The translations under genes and the position numbers were made by a program. 64,000 nucleotides of DNA from Octopus vulgaris (lineage: Eukaryota). Below, one piece after another: positions 1-13,060 of the stretch. The notes under the pieces were generated by a model. The model was not told where the DNA came from. It did no database searches and saw only the letters and a program-made list of their open reading frames with translations. Positions within the stretch are counted from its first letter, which is position 1. Each line of letters starts with the position of its first letter. Where the stretch lies: contig OX597816.1 of NCBI GenBank assembly GCA_951406725.2, positions 61,442,001-61,506,000 of the forward strand, written 5' to 3'.

Positions 1-475
1 TTTGAAAACCTGGAGGACAGCACCATCGAAAAGTGTCTTGGCGCGACTATGAAAGATATCTAACCAGTGGCGGTAAATTTGCCACAATAGAAGCAAGGTT
101 CGAGTCAACGGAGCGTGCAAGGGAGTACTCGACTCGAACCTTGCAAAGTGGAAATATTTTATTTTTACCTTTATATCTGGGACGTAGGACGTCCCGGATA
201 AAAATTAAAAATGTCCCCCCAGAAGTAGAGGTAGGCTGGATTGTAACCACACTTCTATACAAGAGGGAGGACAAGATACAATTGATCGAAATTGCAAGAG
301 ACTGGCCTACAATTCCAGTCTGTTATATATTTTGAGTATTGTTATCACTAGCGATATCAAGATATAACTTTGTATTTTGTATTTTATGTGTAGATGTATA
401 TATATGTACATGTAATATGTACACATATATACATGCACTAGCACTATGACCCGGCAACGACGAGTCATAATGCTA

Positions 476-476
<1 letters not shown>
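1..476 (+). mobile_element. 3' part of a non-autonomous Helitron carrying a captured LINE ORF1 fragment (runs off the window start)
   Basis: Ends in hairpin actagcactatgacccggcaacgacgagtcataatg then CTAG (473-476) followed by T. Near-identical inverted copy at 13194-13664. Confidence 0.75.
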
Positions 477-511
<35 letters not shown>

Positions 512-919
512 TACTGTGAAATAGGTGCTTGTAAAATAACATACGTCTATTCATTCCATCGACAAGAAATTAAATTACCAAAGGGGTATTTGATCGAAGT
601 ACATTAGTTTATGCGTATACTAAAGGCTGAGGTAAAGCGAAACACGCAATGTAGTAAGCAAAATAGAAATGTTGTAAAGTTTCTTCTGTACAGCGTTCAA
701 TAATTTCGGATTAACATATAAGTATTATATTTTTTTAAATGCCTACAACCCTAGTATGTTGACATCTATAGGCAATGAAAATTAGATTCACTTTTGAACC
801 ATAGGCTGAAACAGCTGTAAGAAGTAATTTCTGGATTTCAATAATTTATGATATGACTTTTAAATCTGTATTTGTATTATTATCTTATCTATTGATTTAT
901 ATAATAGCACAATCGGTAC

Positions 920-1110
920 CGCGCCAGACAAAATATGCTTCCGACGTTACATTCTAAGTTCAAATGCTGCCGGGGTCGACTTTGCCTTTCATTTTTTTCA
1001 TTATTTCGAGGATGGGGTGATAAAATAAGTGTTAGTTGAGCATTGGCTCGATGTAATCAATTGACCTCATCCCACGAAATTGCTGGCCTGGTGCCAAAAT
1101 TTGAAACCAA
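920..1110 (+). mobile_element. Degenerate SINE, family A
   Basis: Core gttcaaatgctgccggggtcgactttgcctttcat shared with better-preserved copies at 28250, 31650 and 60705. Confidence 0.6.
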
Positions 1111-1571
1111 TAATTTCGAACTTATAGATTACATCACAGAATAGAAACTCCAGACGTGTGCTATTTTATATACGTTCATCTAAGCGAAGTATAGCTTTGT
1201 CAGAATTGGAAATATATATGTTTTGTTGTGATATGTACGCCTTCTTTTATTTTCTGTCCATTTCATTTACATTATATTTAAATTTTTATATACATATATC
1301 ATTGATCAAAACTTATATAAGATCTGTTGAGTACTCTCCATAGACATTGCACAAATACATTATCGATGAATTGTACGAATATTTTCTGACATGACTACTA
1401 TTCCGTGACGAGGATTTCATGTTCGAAATTATTGATTGCTGTTGTGAAAAGAAATTCTACCCCGAAGAGTCCTTGTTTGAAACTTACTACACTTCGAATT
1501 TATTTAGTATACATCGTGTTTTGCTTTACGTTGCCATAAATATATAAACGACTCTATTTCGGTCATTTTCT

Positions 1572-1757
1572 TCCGGTATTTTGTCTGCCGTTACGTTCTG
1601 AGTTCAAAATCCGCCGAGGTCGACTTTGCCTTTCCTCCTTTGGGGGTCGATTAAATAAGTACCAGTTACGCACTGGGGTCGATGTAATCAACTTAATCCC
1701 TTTGTCTATCCTTGTTTGTCCTCTCTGTGTCTAGCCCCTTGTGGGAAATAAAGAAAT
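1572..1757 (+). mobile_element. 5'-truncated tRNA-derived SINE, family A
   Basis: B-box-like gagttcaaaatcc, then gaggtcgactttgcctttc...ggtcgattaaataagtaccag, and the tail gccccttgtggg...aaagaaat seen in other copies. Confidence 0.8.
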
Positions 1758-1768
1758 GATTATTTTAT

Positions 1769-2050
1769 GTGAAGGCGTATGGCTTAGTGGTTGGAGCGTC
1801 GAGCTTGCAACCATGAGGCAGTGAGTTCGATTCCCGGACCGGGCTGTGCGACGTCACTGGTGTCAAGCTGTATCGCCCTTTGCCTTTCCCTTCATAACAT
1901 CGGTGACATGGAGATGGGGGAGGCTAGTATAGATGAGTGACTGCTGGTCTTCCATAAACAACCTTCCCCGGACTTGCGTCTTGGAGGGGAAATTTCTAGG
2001 CGCAATCTCATGGTCATTCATGGCCGATGGTGGTGGGTCTTTTACCCCTT
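1769..2050 (+). mobile_element. tRNA-derived SINE (another family)
   Basis: A box tggcttagtgg and B box gagttcgattccc, followed by a non-tRNA body. Confidence 0.7.
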
Positions 2051-2104
2051 ATTTGTTACAAAATCGGCGACATCCAAAATTAAATGTATAAACATTGATT
2101 TCAG

Positions 2105-2310
2105 ATTTTGGCACAAGGCCAGCAATTCTGAGGGAGGGAAGAGGTCGAATATATCGCCCCCCAGTACTCAACTGGTACTTGTTTTATGGACCCCGATTGG
2201 ATGAAAAGCAAAGTCGACCTCGGTAGAATTTGAAATCAGAACGTAAAGACGGACGAAATGCCGCTAAGCATTTTGTCCGGTGTGCTAACGATTCTGCGAG
2301 CTCTCAGCCT
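2105..2310 (-). mobile_element. SINE, family A variant
   Basis: Reverse complement of the family A core (gcaaagtcgacctcgg...gaatttgaaatcagaacgtaa). Confidence 0.7.
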
Positions 2311-2766
2311 TATTGAATACATACATATTACATTTTGATATGTACATGATGAACTTTGTGTGTGTGTGAGTGAGCATAATCGTACCCACGTGCATACGTG
2401 TACATACATACGTGTGCACTCACAAACACAAACACAAACATTCACCTATGTACATACGCACATACACAAAGTATTGAAAACACGATAGTTTAGTTTTATG
2501 GTTTTTAAACAAAGGTTTTCCGTAATTTCTTACTTGTTCCTTGCAATTTACCTGGAACAGTATAGTTTCCAAATCTATCATCAACTAACTATTCTAGAGC
2601 AGAGTTATCTTCCCCAATGAAGTGATATATTTTGTCACCTTTTCATTGTGATTGGTGTAGATGGGTGACCAGAATTTGGAGTTTTGACCGTTAGAGGTAT
2701 ACGTTATCAGCAAGGTATATTTTTTGCGTGTGATAAGTGCATGTTTTATATATATATATATTTATA

Positions 2767-4074
2767 CTAGCAGAGCTACCCGGCGTTGCCCGTGTTACAT
2801 ACAATTGAAGAATTAGACTTTTCTGTTATATTTTCTCTAATGAACTGGAATATCTATGTTTCGAATTTCATCAAAATTGCAGATGAGGGTTATTTCCCTC
2901 TTTACACACCCCCAAAAATTGTAATCGTGCCACATATATCCCATACTACTGATTTTTATGCGCATATTCCAAAATTCCAGTCTTATTGAACCTGTTAAAA
3001 AGATTTTGCTCGTGAAAAATGAAGGTCATAGAGCTCTAAAATGTGAGAGTTAAGGACCCCTGTTGGGGGTGGGCGTCTTAATGTCAACCAGAGAAGTTGA
3101 ATTGTTGAGAATCTTTTTTTACATGGGTCTTATATCTTTTGTTTGAATTTCTTTGAAATAGGAAATATATATTCACTGGGTTTGTAAAAGAGAGCAAAGC
3201 TACAGGAAACCAAAAGACGAATGATCACAATAAGCAGTCAGCTACCCTACCCTAGTCGTTACCACTCCCAATATAGGATTCCTCACCATCCAGGTGACAG
3301 GCACAGCCGTAAGATGCATTACGAATCTATAGCAATTGGAAGGGCGTGACCCAACTGAAATAAACATTAACAACTGTGTGACGTGAGGGCTAAGGAGAAA
3401 TGAAAGTTGGAGTTTGCAAATGACCACTATACTGATATGTAACTGGACAGAATAAATTTACAATCTATAAATGTCTTTGAATAACCAGTGACTCATCTGG
3501 GAAGGCCTTGAAATCAATGTTACCATCTGGGGACAATGTGTGACCGAGTGATAATAAAAAGACTGAAAGGATGTCTGCAATCAAATAACTTTACTCAACA
3601 CTTTGCAACTGAATCAGTGGAGGCAAAGATGCCTCTCATTTACTTGACAATTTATGCACCACATTTCAGAAATCACAATGTAAGTGTATGCCAAAGCAAA
3701 CTCTTACACTGTTGTACCATTGAAATACAAATAATGCTCAACTTTTATGCACGGGTAACCCTACAGCTTCCATTAGCACAACTGTATTCGTTTTTGCTTT
3801 GATAAAATGACAAAATTGTGGGTGTTAACTCCCCATGGTGGGGTCTTTATAACTTGTAAGAAGATGAAATTTTATAAATATTACTTCATTTGTGTCTAAT
3901 ATCTATGGTTAAAATTTCCTTAACAGCAAAAATATATGAATTGTCATGGGGGTTATGGTCCTTATGCATAGAATATAATTTCCAAATTTCATAAAGATCC
4001 ATTCAGTGATTTTGACCTAGTTTTGGATCAAAAAAGAAATGACTAAAATTTGTGAGTTAAGGGTCCCATTAGGG

Positions 4075-4145
<71 letters not shown>
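2767..4145 (-). mobile_element. Non-autonomous Helitron
   Basis: Minus-strand 3' end cacgggcaacgccgggtagctctgCTAG|T, the same hairpin type as at 63617-63644. The 5' TC(TA)n end at about 4145 is inferred and lies in a microsatellite. Confidence 0.6.
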
Positions 4146-4189
4146 TAGATATATAGATAGATAGATAGATAGATAGATATATATATATA

Positions 4190-4478
4190 CACACACACAC
4201 ACACATACAAAGATAAATTGATAGATACAACTGATTGGGCAAACAAAAATATGAGACACAGCCTAGTGCTTTTTTATGTTGATAAGCCTGGTACTTATTG
4301 TATTAGTTTGTTTTTGTGAAACCAGTAAGATAAGTGGATGTAAATAAATGAACAGCAGTTGTGAAGCAGTGATGAGGGTGAAACACAGAGACAAAGACAC
4401 ACACATACACTTACATGTATACGTACATATATATACGATCGATTTGTTTAAGTTCCTGTCTACGAAATCCATATATAT
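4190..4478. repeat. SINE-B-tail-containing segment duplicated at about 6993-7280; 4401-4478 also repeated at 6859-6936
   Basis: Direct sequence comparison (aaattgatagatacaa...gggcaaacaaaaatatgagacac...gtctacgaaatcc). Confidence 0.85.
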
Positions 4479-6858
4479 TGTTGCTGGCATCCTTTTTGTC
4501 TCGGGAGACAATGGAGTTGCGCATATATTAATCTAGTCCGGCTTTTACATTTCATGTCCTAATACATCTCCAGCTGTGGCTGTGTAGTCCTATCCTGGAC
4601 AAACACTCCCTCTGGCAGGTGCCGCAAATGTAGCGAAGACTTTGCCTGGCTTCTTGTAATGTCATACTTTCTTGTTGACGTCTTTTCTTGTCTTTCCATT
4701 TCTCCTCTCTATGTCACTCTTTGTGTTCCCTCTTTTACGGTACGTCGCCAATCTCCATGGTTGCTGGCAACTGCTTCCCAGTTGGTAATATTGATGTTGC
4801 AGGTATTCATGTCCCTTTTGCAAACATCCTTGTATCGTAAGAACGGTCTTCCCACAGACCTAGTGCCCCAAGCAAGCTCTCCGTAGAGTATGTCCTTGGG
4901 AATTCTGCCATCTTCCATACGGCTAACATGTCCAAGCCATCTCATACGTCTTTGTGTGAGGAGTGCAAAAATGCTTGGTATTCCTGCTTGCTTGAGGACA
5001 TCTTTGTTGCGGACATGATTCTGACCCATGATGTTGGTCTTCTTGGGGCTGATAACTAAGCCAAAGTCGCTACATGCTTGCTCAAAACAGTTGATGAGCC
5101 TTTGTAGGGCTTCTTCTGTGTGTGATACCAGAGCGGCATCATTAGCAAATAGCACCTCCTTGATCAGGACGCTTCTGATTTTGGTCTTGGCACGCAGACG
5201 CAAGAGATTGAACATTTTCCCGTCACTTCTACTGTGCAGAAACACTCTATCATCTGACGTCTGAAAGGCATGTGACAGCAGCAGCGAGAAGAAGATGCCA
5301 AATAATGTAGGAGCAAAAGCACAACCTTGCTTTACCCCGGTTTTTATTTGGAAGGCGGTTGATGTTGTACCATTGTGCTGTATGGTGTCTTGCATATCAT
5401 CATGGAAAGATTTGATGATCCTCAGCAGCTTTGGTGGACATCCGATTTTTGGAGCAGGATGAAGAGACCTTTTCTACTTATCAAGTCAAAGGCCTTTATC
5501 AGATCAATGAAGGCCATATATAATGGCACTTTCTGCTCCCTGGACTTCTCCTGAAGTTGGCGTATGGAGAATATCATGTCAATAGTTGATCTGCTTCTTC
5601 TAAAGCCACACTGCGATTCTGGATAAATTCGAGAAGCAAGTAGTATTAGCCTGGACAGGATAATGCGAGCAAAGGCCTTTCCAACAGTGTTTAGAAGAGA
5701 TATTCCACGGTAATTGTTACAATCACCACGTTCACCTTTGTTTTTGTAAAGCGTAATGATGTTAGCATCCCGCATATCCTGAGGGACTGTACCCTCTCCC
5801 CAGCACTGACACAGAAGCTCATGAAGGTGCCGAAGCAGGATAGTGTTTTTGCCGGTTTTGATGATCTCTAAGGGGATGACGTCTTTTCCCGGAGCCTTGT
5901 TACTTGATAGGGAGTCAATAGCCTTGGTGAGCTCTGCTATAGATGGCAGACTATCAAGTTCACACATGACTGGCAAGATCTTGACACCCTCGATTGCAGC
6001 CTCAGCTACCGTGGTCTCCCGTGAGTAGAGATCCTGGTAGTACTCCACCCATCTATCCATTTGCTTGCTTTGGTCCTTGATGAGATCTCCAGTAGTTGAT
6101 TTCAGAGGGGCTGACTTGGTTGCGGATGGACCGAGGGCCTTCTTCAAACCGGCATACATCACATGGGTGTCGCCACTGTCAGCAGCTGACTGGATACTCT
6201 GACAGATTTCCTGCCAATACCTATTTGCACAGCGTCTGGGAGTCAGTTGGGTTTTATTTCTTGCTTTTCTGAGTTCTTCGAGTGATTTTGTAGAAGAATC
6301 ACTTTTGTATTGCATCAGAGCTGCACGCTTTGCTTCGATAACTGTTTCCAGCTCTGAGAGCCCAGCACTGAACCAATCTGGGTTTTGCCTTTCTCTCATG
6401 CCGAAAGTATCTATTGATGTGGTATACAAAGCTTCCCTGATATAATTCCACCTACTTTCAGCAGAGGAGGTTGGGCAGCTACTGAGGGCAACCTTGATGC
6501 AAACAGCAAAACATTGTCGCAGTGTAGAGTCCGAGGTTCTGGCAGTGTTAATGCGTGGTCGGCCCATTTTCTTGGAGTGATGGACTTTGTTAGGCAGAAT
6601 CCTCACCCTGCTTCTTATTAGTGAATGATGTATGTCACAATCCGCACTGGGGTAACTATGGGTCAGTTGAACAGAAATCAGAAAGGATCTTCGTGTAATG
6701 ATGAGATCCAGTTGATGCCAGTGGTGAGATATTGGATGTCTCCAAGATGCCTTGTAGGATGTCTTGTTGGCAAAGAATGTGTTGGTGATGCACGGGTTAT
6801 GGTATGTGCAAAATTCAAGTAGTCTCTGACCATTGTCATTCATGTTGCCAATACCAAA
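4479..6858 (-). mobile_element. RTE-clade LINE, 5'-truncated, frameshifted and internally deleted (end of APE endonuclease plus RT)
   Basis: ORFs 5422-6882 and 4709-5395 contain NDNGQRLLEFC, HWHQLDLI, KAPGKD, NYRGISLL, ESQCGFR, FIDLIKAFD, GVKQGC, LFANDAAL and RWLGHV..MEDGRIPKDILYGEL. Confidence 0.92.
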
Positions 6859-6926
6859 ACACATACACTTACATATATACATACATATATATACGATTGA
6901 TTTGTTTCAGTCCCGGTCTACGAAAT

Positions 6927-7009
<83 letters not shown>

Positions 7010-7074
7010 ACACACAAAGGTAAATTGATAGATACAATTGAGTGGGCAAACAAAAATATGAGACACTGCGTAGT

Positions 7075-7403
7075 GCTTTTTTATATTTTGATAAGCCTGA
7101 TACTTATTCTATCAGTTTCTTCTTGAGAAACCAGTAAGTTATGGGGATGTAAATAAACGAACACCAGTTGTGAAGCAGTGATGAGGGAGAAACACAAAGA
7201 CACACACATAGACTTACATATATAGACATACATATACATACAATTGATTTCTTTCAGTTTTTGTCTACAAAATCCACTGAGAAGGCTTTGGTTGGTCTGA
7301 AGCTTTAGCAGAAGACACATGCCAAGTTACCACACAGTGGGACTGAACTGAAGACCATGTGTTTTGGAACCAAGATTGTTATTACACAGCCAAACCTGCA
7401 CCT
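7075..7403 (-). mobile_element. Diverged SINE, family B
   Basis: Reverse complement of the family B head (...cagtgggactgaac...acacagcc) and tail. Confidence 0.7.
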
Positions 7404-7622
7404 ATATATGTGTGTGTGTGGGTGGGTGGAGGTGTGTGTATGGGTGTATATATGTATGCATGTATATGTGTATATATTACATATGCATCTATATATATAT
7501 ATATACATCTAGACATACATGTATACATATACATGTATACATATACATCTATACATATACATGTATACATATACATCTATATATATACATGTATATATAT
7601 ATATATATACATCCATATGTAA

Positions 7623-7677
<55 letters not shown>

Positions 7678-7682
7678 CAATA

Positions 7683-8063
7683 GAGAGCTGTTTCTATTTC
7701 ACTTTTAACACGTAATATTGCTGTGGGCCCGCCCTAGGCAAGAAGTTAAACATTTTGTTTGCCCATGACACTACATGGATCCTAAGTAAGGCATGTCTAA
7801 AATTTGAATGAATTTGGTTGTGTAGTTCTCAAGTTATAGGGATTCATAGTGGAGAAGATATGATATTGCTATGGGCTCGCCCTATGCAAGAAGTTAGAAA
7901 TGTGTTTTGCAAATGACACTCCATGGACCCTAAGTAAGGCATGTGTAAAATTTGAATGAAATTGGTTGTGTAGTTCTCAAGTTTATGGATTGACACATAC
8001 AAACAGACAGCTGGACAGAGAGACAGACAGACAGACACACATTCTCAGTTTTATATATATAGA
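7683..8063 (-). mobile_element. Helitron 5' fragment with two ~145-bp internal repeats
   Basis: Minus strand begins A|TCtatatatataaaactgagaatgtgtgtctgtctg. The unit ggaccctaagtaaggcatgtgtaaaatttgaatgaaattggttgtgtag occurs twice here and again at 13081 and 15940. Confidence 0.7.
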
Positions 8064-8071
8064 TATACTAG

Positions 8072-9737
8072 GAAGGGATTAGCATTAGCTAAGGACTTGG
8101 AGGAAGCAATGGAATCTGTCTCTGCAGCTCAGGTGACGGCCAAGAGACTGGCGTTAAACCAGCATCTCGAAGCCCAACATGGGTTGCATTGTTGGAGCCA
8201 GCATTCGTACATTGGTTGTGAAGGAATCAAGGCAGCAGGATGGGCCCGAGTGGTGGAAGCTCAACGTGGCAATGATGGCACAATTCGATCTTTGATGAAC
8301 CAAAGAGGTAAGTTGATAAACGAGTCAGAGGAGATGCGGGAAGTCTTTCAGAAGCACTTTGCCTAGCTTTTCGGGGTTGGGGAAGCGGGCCGGACAGTAA
8401 GAGGGACCTAACGGATTTCCTCACCGGGATACTGCGCCTCTCAGAGCTAGACGTGGAGTGTTGTGAAGGGCCGATCACGCCTGAGGAGGTAATTGAGGCT
8501 ATGGCGCACCGCGACGCGAGTAAGACACCGGGAATAGATGGTCTACCCTGTGAACTGTATAAGAGTAGGCCAGACTTGTTCGGGCACCTGCTGGTGAATG
8601 TCTACGCGAACTGACAGCAGAATGGGTTCATCCCCAGATCTGTGCACCGGGGAATGGTGAGGCTTGTCAGAAAGGACCCGAACAAGGGGGGACTGCATTG
8701 ATAATTTTCGGCTCATCACTCTGCTAAACACAGAGTTGAAGATTTTGACCAAAGTGTTCTCGATAAGATTGGCGCGTGTCGCGGATGGCTTGATCGGGAA
8801 GGCACAGGCATGTGCCGTTTCCCGGTAGAACCATTCAGGATAATCTCCATCTTCTACAGTACACTGTAGAAGAGTTTCATAATGATTCTTGCAAGGGAGG
8901 GACAGGTGGTCGATTTAGACCAATCAAAGGCTTTTGATAGGGTAGGCCATCATTACCTGGTGTCCGTTCTGGCACAGTTCGGCCTGGGTATTAGCTTCTT
9001 CAGGTGGATAATTGAAATTTATAACAACATCTACTCGGTAGTTCGGGTGAACGGCTTTTTATCTAAGCCGCTCAGCTTCAAACGCTCGGTTCGTCAAGGG
9101 TGTCCTCTCCCCGCGCTTTTGTATGTAATGGCTCTTGAGCCATTGCTGCGAAAATTGAGCCAGGGAGGGCGGAGGTGACCAATGTGTTCATCGCATCGGT
9201 CATCACCTACTGCCTAATCGTCGTTCCCTGCCCTGAATCGTTGTTGAGCAAGCTGGAAGCCCTAGGCCTCGACAATAATCAGCTGGTCAATCTGTTCCAA
9301 CGTACATTCGGGCCGAAGACACTGGATAACTTCCAGACGTCTTTGGCATGGCAATGTTACCGAGGAACCTTACCTGTCCGGGACAAACTCGCAATCATGG
9401 TGGCCCTCATCCACCGACCTGTCCAAGATGTGGGGAAACCGTCCCGCATGCTATTGTTCAGTGTTCAATGGTTTCAGATGTGTGGGTTTATGCCGAACAA
9501 CTATTGTCTAGTACAGGAAGAGTACAGTTATCGACTGAGTCAATAGTAAAAATTGACCCACCGGATTTCCTATCGAAAGAAGGTAAGAATTGTTTTCTCA
9601 TCGTAGTAGCAATTGCAAGAAAGGTGATTTGGAAGACGCGAATGAAAGGTTTAATGGCAGGCATTTTTATCTCTAGCCCTGGGTTGGTGGATTTCTTCAC
9701 CTTCCACCTAAGAAGGAAAATAGGGCTAGAAACGTAA
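8072..9737 (+). pseudogene. Tx1/L1-clade LINE ORF2 remnant (RT plus C-terminal CCHC), broken and internally deleted
   Basis: Motifs KTPGIDGLPCELY, DNFRLITLLNTELKILTK, DLDQSKAFDRV, SVRQGCPL and CPRCGETVPHAIVQC across frames. Confidence 0.88.
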
Positions 9738-9744
9738 CCTCAGT

Positions 9745-10240
9745 CTAGTCAAGAGAGCATAAATCGTGATTTTCCAGCAGCAAAAAGTTTCCTTTTCGAA
9801 CATCAGCAAACTACTAAAGTGCAGTAAAACGGCTTGCGTGCAAGCGTGTAAGTTATTTTTGGAGACTGGTCAATATAAAGATCGGCAAAGGACAGGCGCC
9901 CCAAGAAAAAGGATGGCGCAGTTGAACTGTCGAATCCACCGACTTTCGGAAGACAACTGAATGCTGACAGACGTTGACATTTGTAAACAATTGTCCAACG
10001 AGAATGGTGTAATTTTTACACCATAAACCGTCCGCAACCGTTTGAGAGAATTTGGACTACATGGAAAAAGCTTATAATATCCGAAAAAGTCGACTCAAAC
10101 GTCTTAATTTCGCAAAAAGCCATGCTCAATGGGCAGCCGAAGATTGGTGCAGGGTCCCTTGGAGTGACGAGTCACGCTTCTGAATATTTAGATCAGATGG
10201 TAAAACATATGTCAGACGTCGCCCAACCGAGGAATTCCAT
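9745..10240 (+). pseudogene. Tc1-like transposase N-terminal remnant
   Basis: HTH region with ETGQYKDRQRTGAPRK, then TVRNRLREFGL, KRLNFAK, and W..EDWCRVPWSDESRF (first catalytic Asp). Confidence 0.85.
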
Positions 10241-10732
10241 CTTTTCTGACACAGCTGCAGGTATGGAATAATACTCTCAATTGCCTCTTTGAATTTGCCT
10301 TTATATATTTTATATATTTCAGGTTTATATTTCTATATGCTTATCATCAGATTCTTAATATGAATATGTGGATATTCGAATGGAATAATACCTCCTGTCT
10401 TACATCTGAATTATGAATTTACTTTTCAGAATACTTTAAGACAAATATCTGAAATTTTTCTCGGATATCAAATTTATTAATCTTTAGCTAATATACGGGC
10501 GAAACAACAGTTGTACTATATACTGAAGCTTTATTTCTGTTAAAATTCTCGTATTATATATATGTACATATACATTCATACATACAAGTTCCATTCTAGT
10601 AGGTTTCAAGAATAATACACCTTAATATCTCATCTTTTCTCATATTTTATGCCAAAGACATGTATTTTCTATTCTGGTTTATATATACCTTTTTCTACTA
10701 ATACTTTATATTTATATATATATGTATAAATA

Positions 10733-10910
10733 TAAGTAGCTTCCTTACGAACCACATGGTTCCGGGTTCAGTCCCACTGCGTGGCATCTTGGGCAAGTGC
10801 CTTCTACTATAGCCTCGGGCCGACCAAAGCCTTGTGAGTGGATTTGGTAGACGGATACTGAAAGAAGCCGGTCGTATGTATATATATATATATATATATA
10901 CACATATGTA

Positions 10911-10954
<44 letters not shown>

Positions 10955-11140
10955 CGCGCGCGTTTGTGCGTCACTGTTTGTCCACTCAATATCGCTTGAC
11001 AACCGATGCTGGTGTGTTTAACACGCCGTAACTTAGCGTTACGAGATGGATAGAATAAGTACTAGGCTTACATAGAATAAGTCCTGGGGTCGATTTGCAC
11101 GACTAAAGGCGTTACTCAAGCATGACTGAAAGAAGTAAAA
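10733..11140 (+). mobile_element. tRNA-derived SINE, family B, with a central microsatellite
   Basis: Head ggttccgggttcagtcccactgcgtggc...gggcaagtg, then (TA)n(TG)n, then tail cgcttgacaaccgatgctggtg...gactaaaggcg. Confidence 0.85.
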
Positions 11141-11499
11141 CAAAAAATCTCTAATTCATTTTAACCGAAACGGGAGCAACAGTTTGAGACGGAGACAAGC
11201 ATAAATACACATGCATAGGCATAAATACATATACATACATACACATATACATACATACACACAAACACATACATACACACAAACACATACACCAACACAT
11301 ATACATACATACACTTACATATGTACATACAGGTACATACATACACACAAATATACACACACATGCACACAAACACACACATGTTTTAAGTTACCTGTCT
11401 TGTTTTTACATCTGTTCCTTTCGTTGTACGCAAAACAATTTCGTTTGCGATGTAATCCTATTTCGTTTTCGTTGCCTAAAACACTATTGCGTATGTGCA

Positions 11500-11583
11500 A
11501 GCTAAGCTAAGCTAAGCTAAGCTGAGCTGAGCTGTGCTGAGCTGAGCTGAGCTGTGCTGAGCTGTGCTGAGCTGAGCTGAGCT
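11500..11583. repeat. (GCTAA)n/(GCTGA/GCTGT)n pentanucleotide tract
   Basis: Direct reading. Confidence 0.95.
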
Positions 11584-11586
11584 ATA

Positions 11587-13010
11587 GAATGTTCATCATT
11601 CTTTCCTCCACATCCTCCACTTCACTTCTAAAATCTCCCTCTCTGGAATGTTCATCATTCCTTTCTCCGCTTCCTCCCATTCACTTCTCAAATCCCCCTC
11701 TCTGGAATGTCCAGCATTCCTTTCTCCCCTTCACCTCTCAAATCCCCCTCTCTGGAATGTTTAGCATTCCTTCCTCCGCTTCCTCCCATTCACTTCTCAA
11801 ATCCCCCTCTATGGAATGTTCACCATTCCTTCCTCCCCTTCCTCCCCTTCACTTCTCAAATCACCCCTCTCTGGAATGTTCAACAATCATTATTCCTCTT
11901 CCTCCCCTTCACCTCTCAAATACCGCTCTCTGGAATGTTCAACAGTCATTCCTCCCCTTCCTCCCCTTCACTTCTCAAATCCCCCCTCTCTGGAATGTTC
12001 ATTCATTATTCCTCTTCCTCCCCTTCACCTCTCAAATATCCCTCTCTGGAATGTTCAACATTCCTTTCCTCCCTTCCTCACCTTCCCCCTCTCTTGAATT
12101 TTCAACATTCCTTCCTTCCCTTCCTCCCCTTCACTTCTCAAATCCCCTTCTCTGGAATGTTCAACATTCCTTCCTCGCCTTCCTCCCCTTCACCTCTCAA
12201 ATCCTTCCCTCTGGAATGTTCAACATTCCTTTCTTCCCTTCCTCCTCTTCCCCCTCTCTTCAATGTTCAACACTCCTTCCTCCCCGACACCTCCCAAATC
12301 CCCCTCTCTGGAATGTTCAACATACCTTCCTCCCCTTCCTTCGCACCTGAAACCCCCCTCTCTGGAATGTTCAACTTACCTTCCTGCCTTTCCTGCCCTT
12401 CACTTCCCAAATACCCCTCTCTGGAATTTTCAACATTCCTTTACCCCTTCTTCCCCTTCACCTCACAAATTCCCCTCTCTAGAATGTTCAACATTCCTTC
12501 CTCCCCTTACTACCCTTCACTTCTCAAATCCCCCTCTCTGGAATGTTCAACATTCCTTCATCCCCTTGCTCCCCTTCACCTCTCAAATCCCCCTTTCTGG
12601 AATGTTGAACATCCTTCTTCCCCTTCCTCCCTTTCACCTATCAAATCCCCCTCTATGGAATGTTCAACATTCCTTCCCTTTCTTCCCTCCACCTCTCAAA
12701 TCCCCCTCTCTGGAATGTTCAACGTTATTTCCTCCCCTTCCTCCCTTTCACCTTTCAAATCCCCCTCTCTGGAATGTTCAACATTCCTTCCTCCCCTTCC
12801 TTCCCTTCTCTTCTCAAATCCACCTCACTGTAATGTTCAACATTCCTTCCTCCCCTTCCTGTCGAATCCTCCTCTCCGGAATGTTCATTCATTCCTCCCC
12901 TTCACCTCTCAAATTTCACTCTCTAATATTCAATATTTCTTCCTTTTCTTCCTCCCCTTCACTTCTCAAATCCCCCTCTCTGGAATGTTCAACATTCCTT
13001 CTTTCCCTTC
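11587..13010. repeat. ~59-bp pyrimidine-rich minisatellite, about two dozen units
   Basis: Unit ctctggaatgttcaacattccttcctccccttcctccccttcacttctcaaatccccct. The overlapping Pro/Ser/Leu-rich ORFs are repeat artefacts. Confidence 0.95.
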
Positions 13011-13060
13011 CCGACGTTTGGGCTGGTAGGCGTGGACAGTCAGCCCTATGGTGCCCAGAG

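Noticed and set aside
1769-1850. tRNA-like A and B boxes here and at 19243, 37932 and 57455
   Set aside because: These are SINE heads continuing into repeat bodies; no complete cloverleaf was evident.
3242-3802. Short ORFs inside the 2767-4145 Helitron as possible Rep/helicase remnants
   Set aside because: No recognisable HUH or PIF1 helicase motifs.
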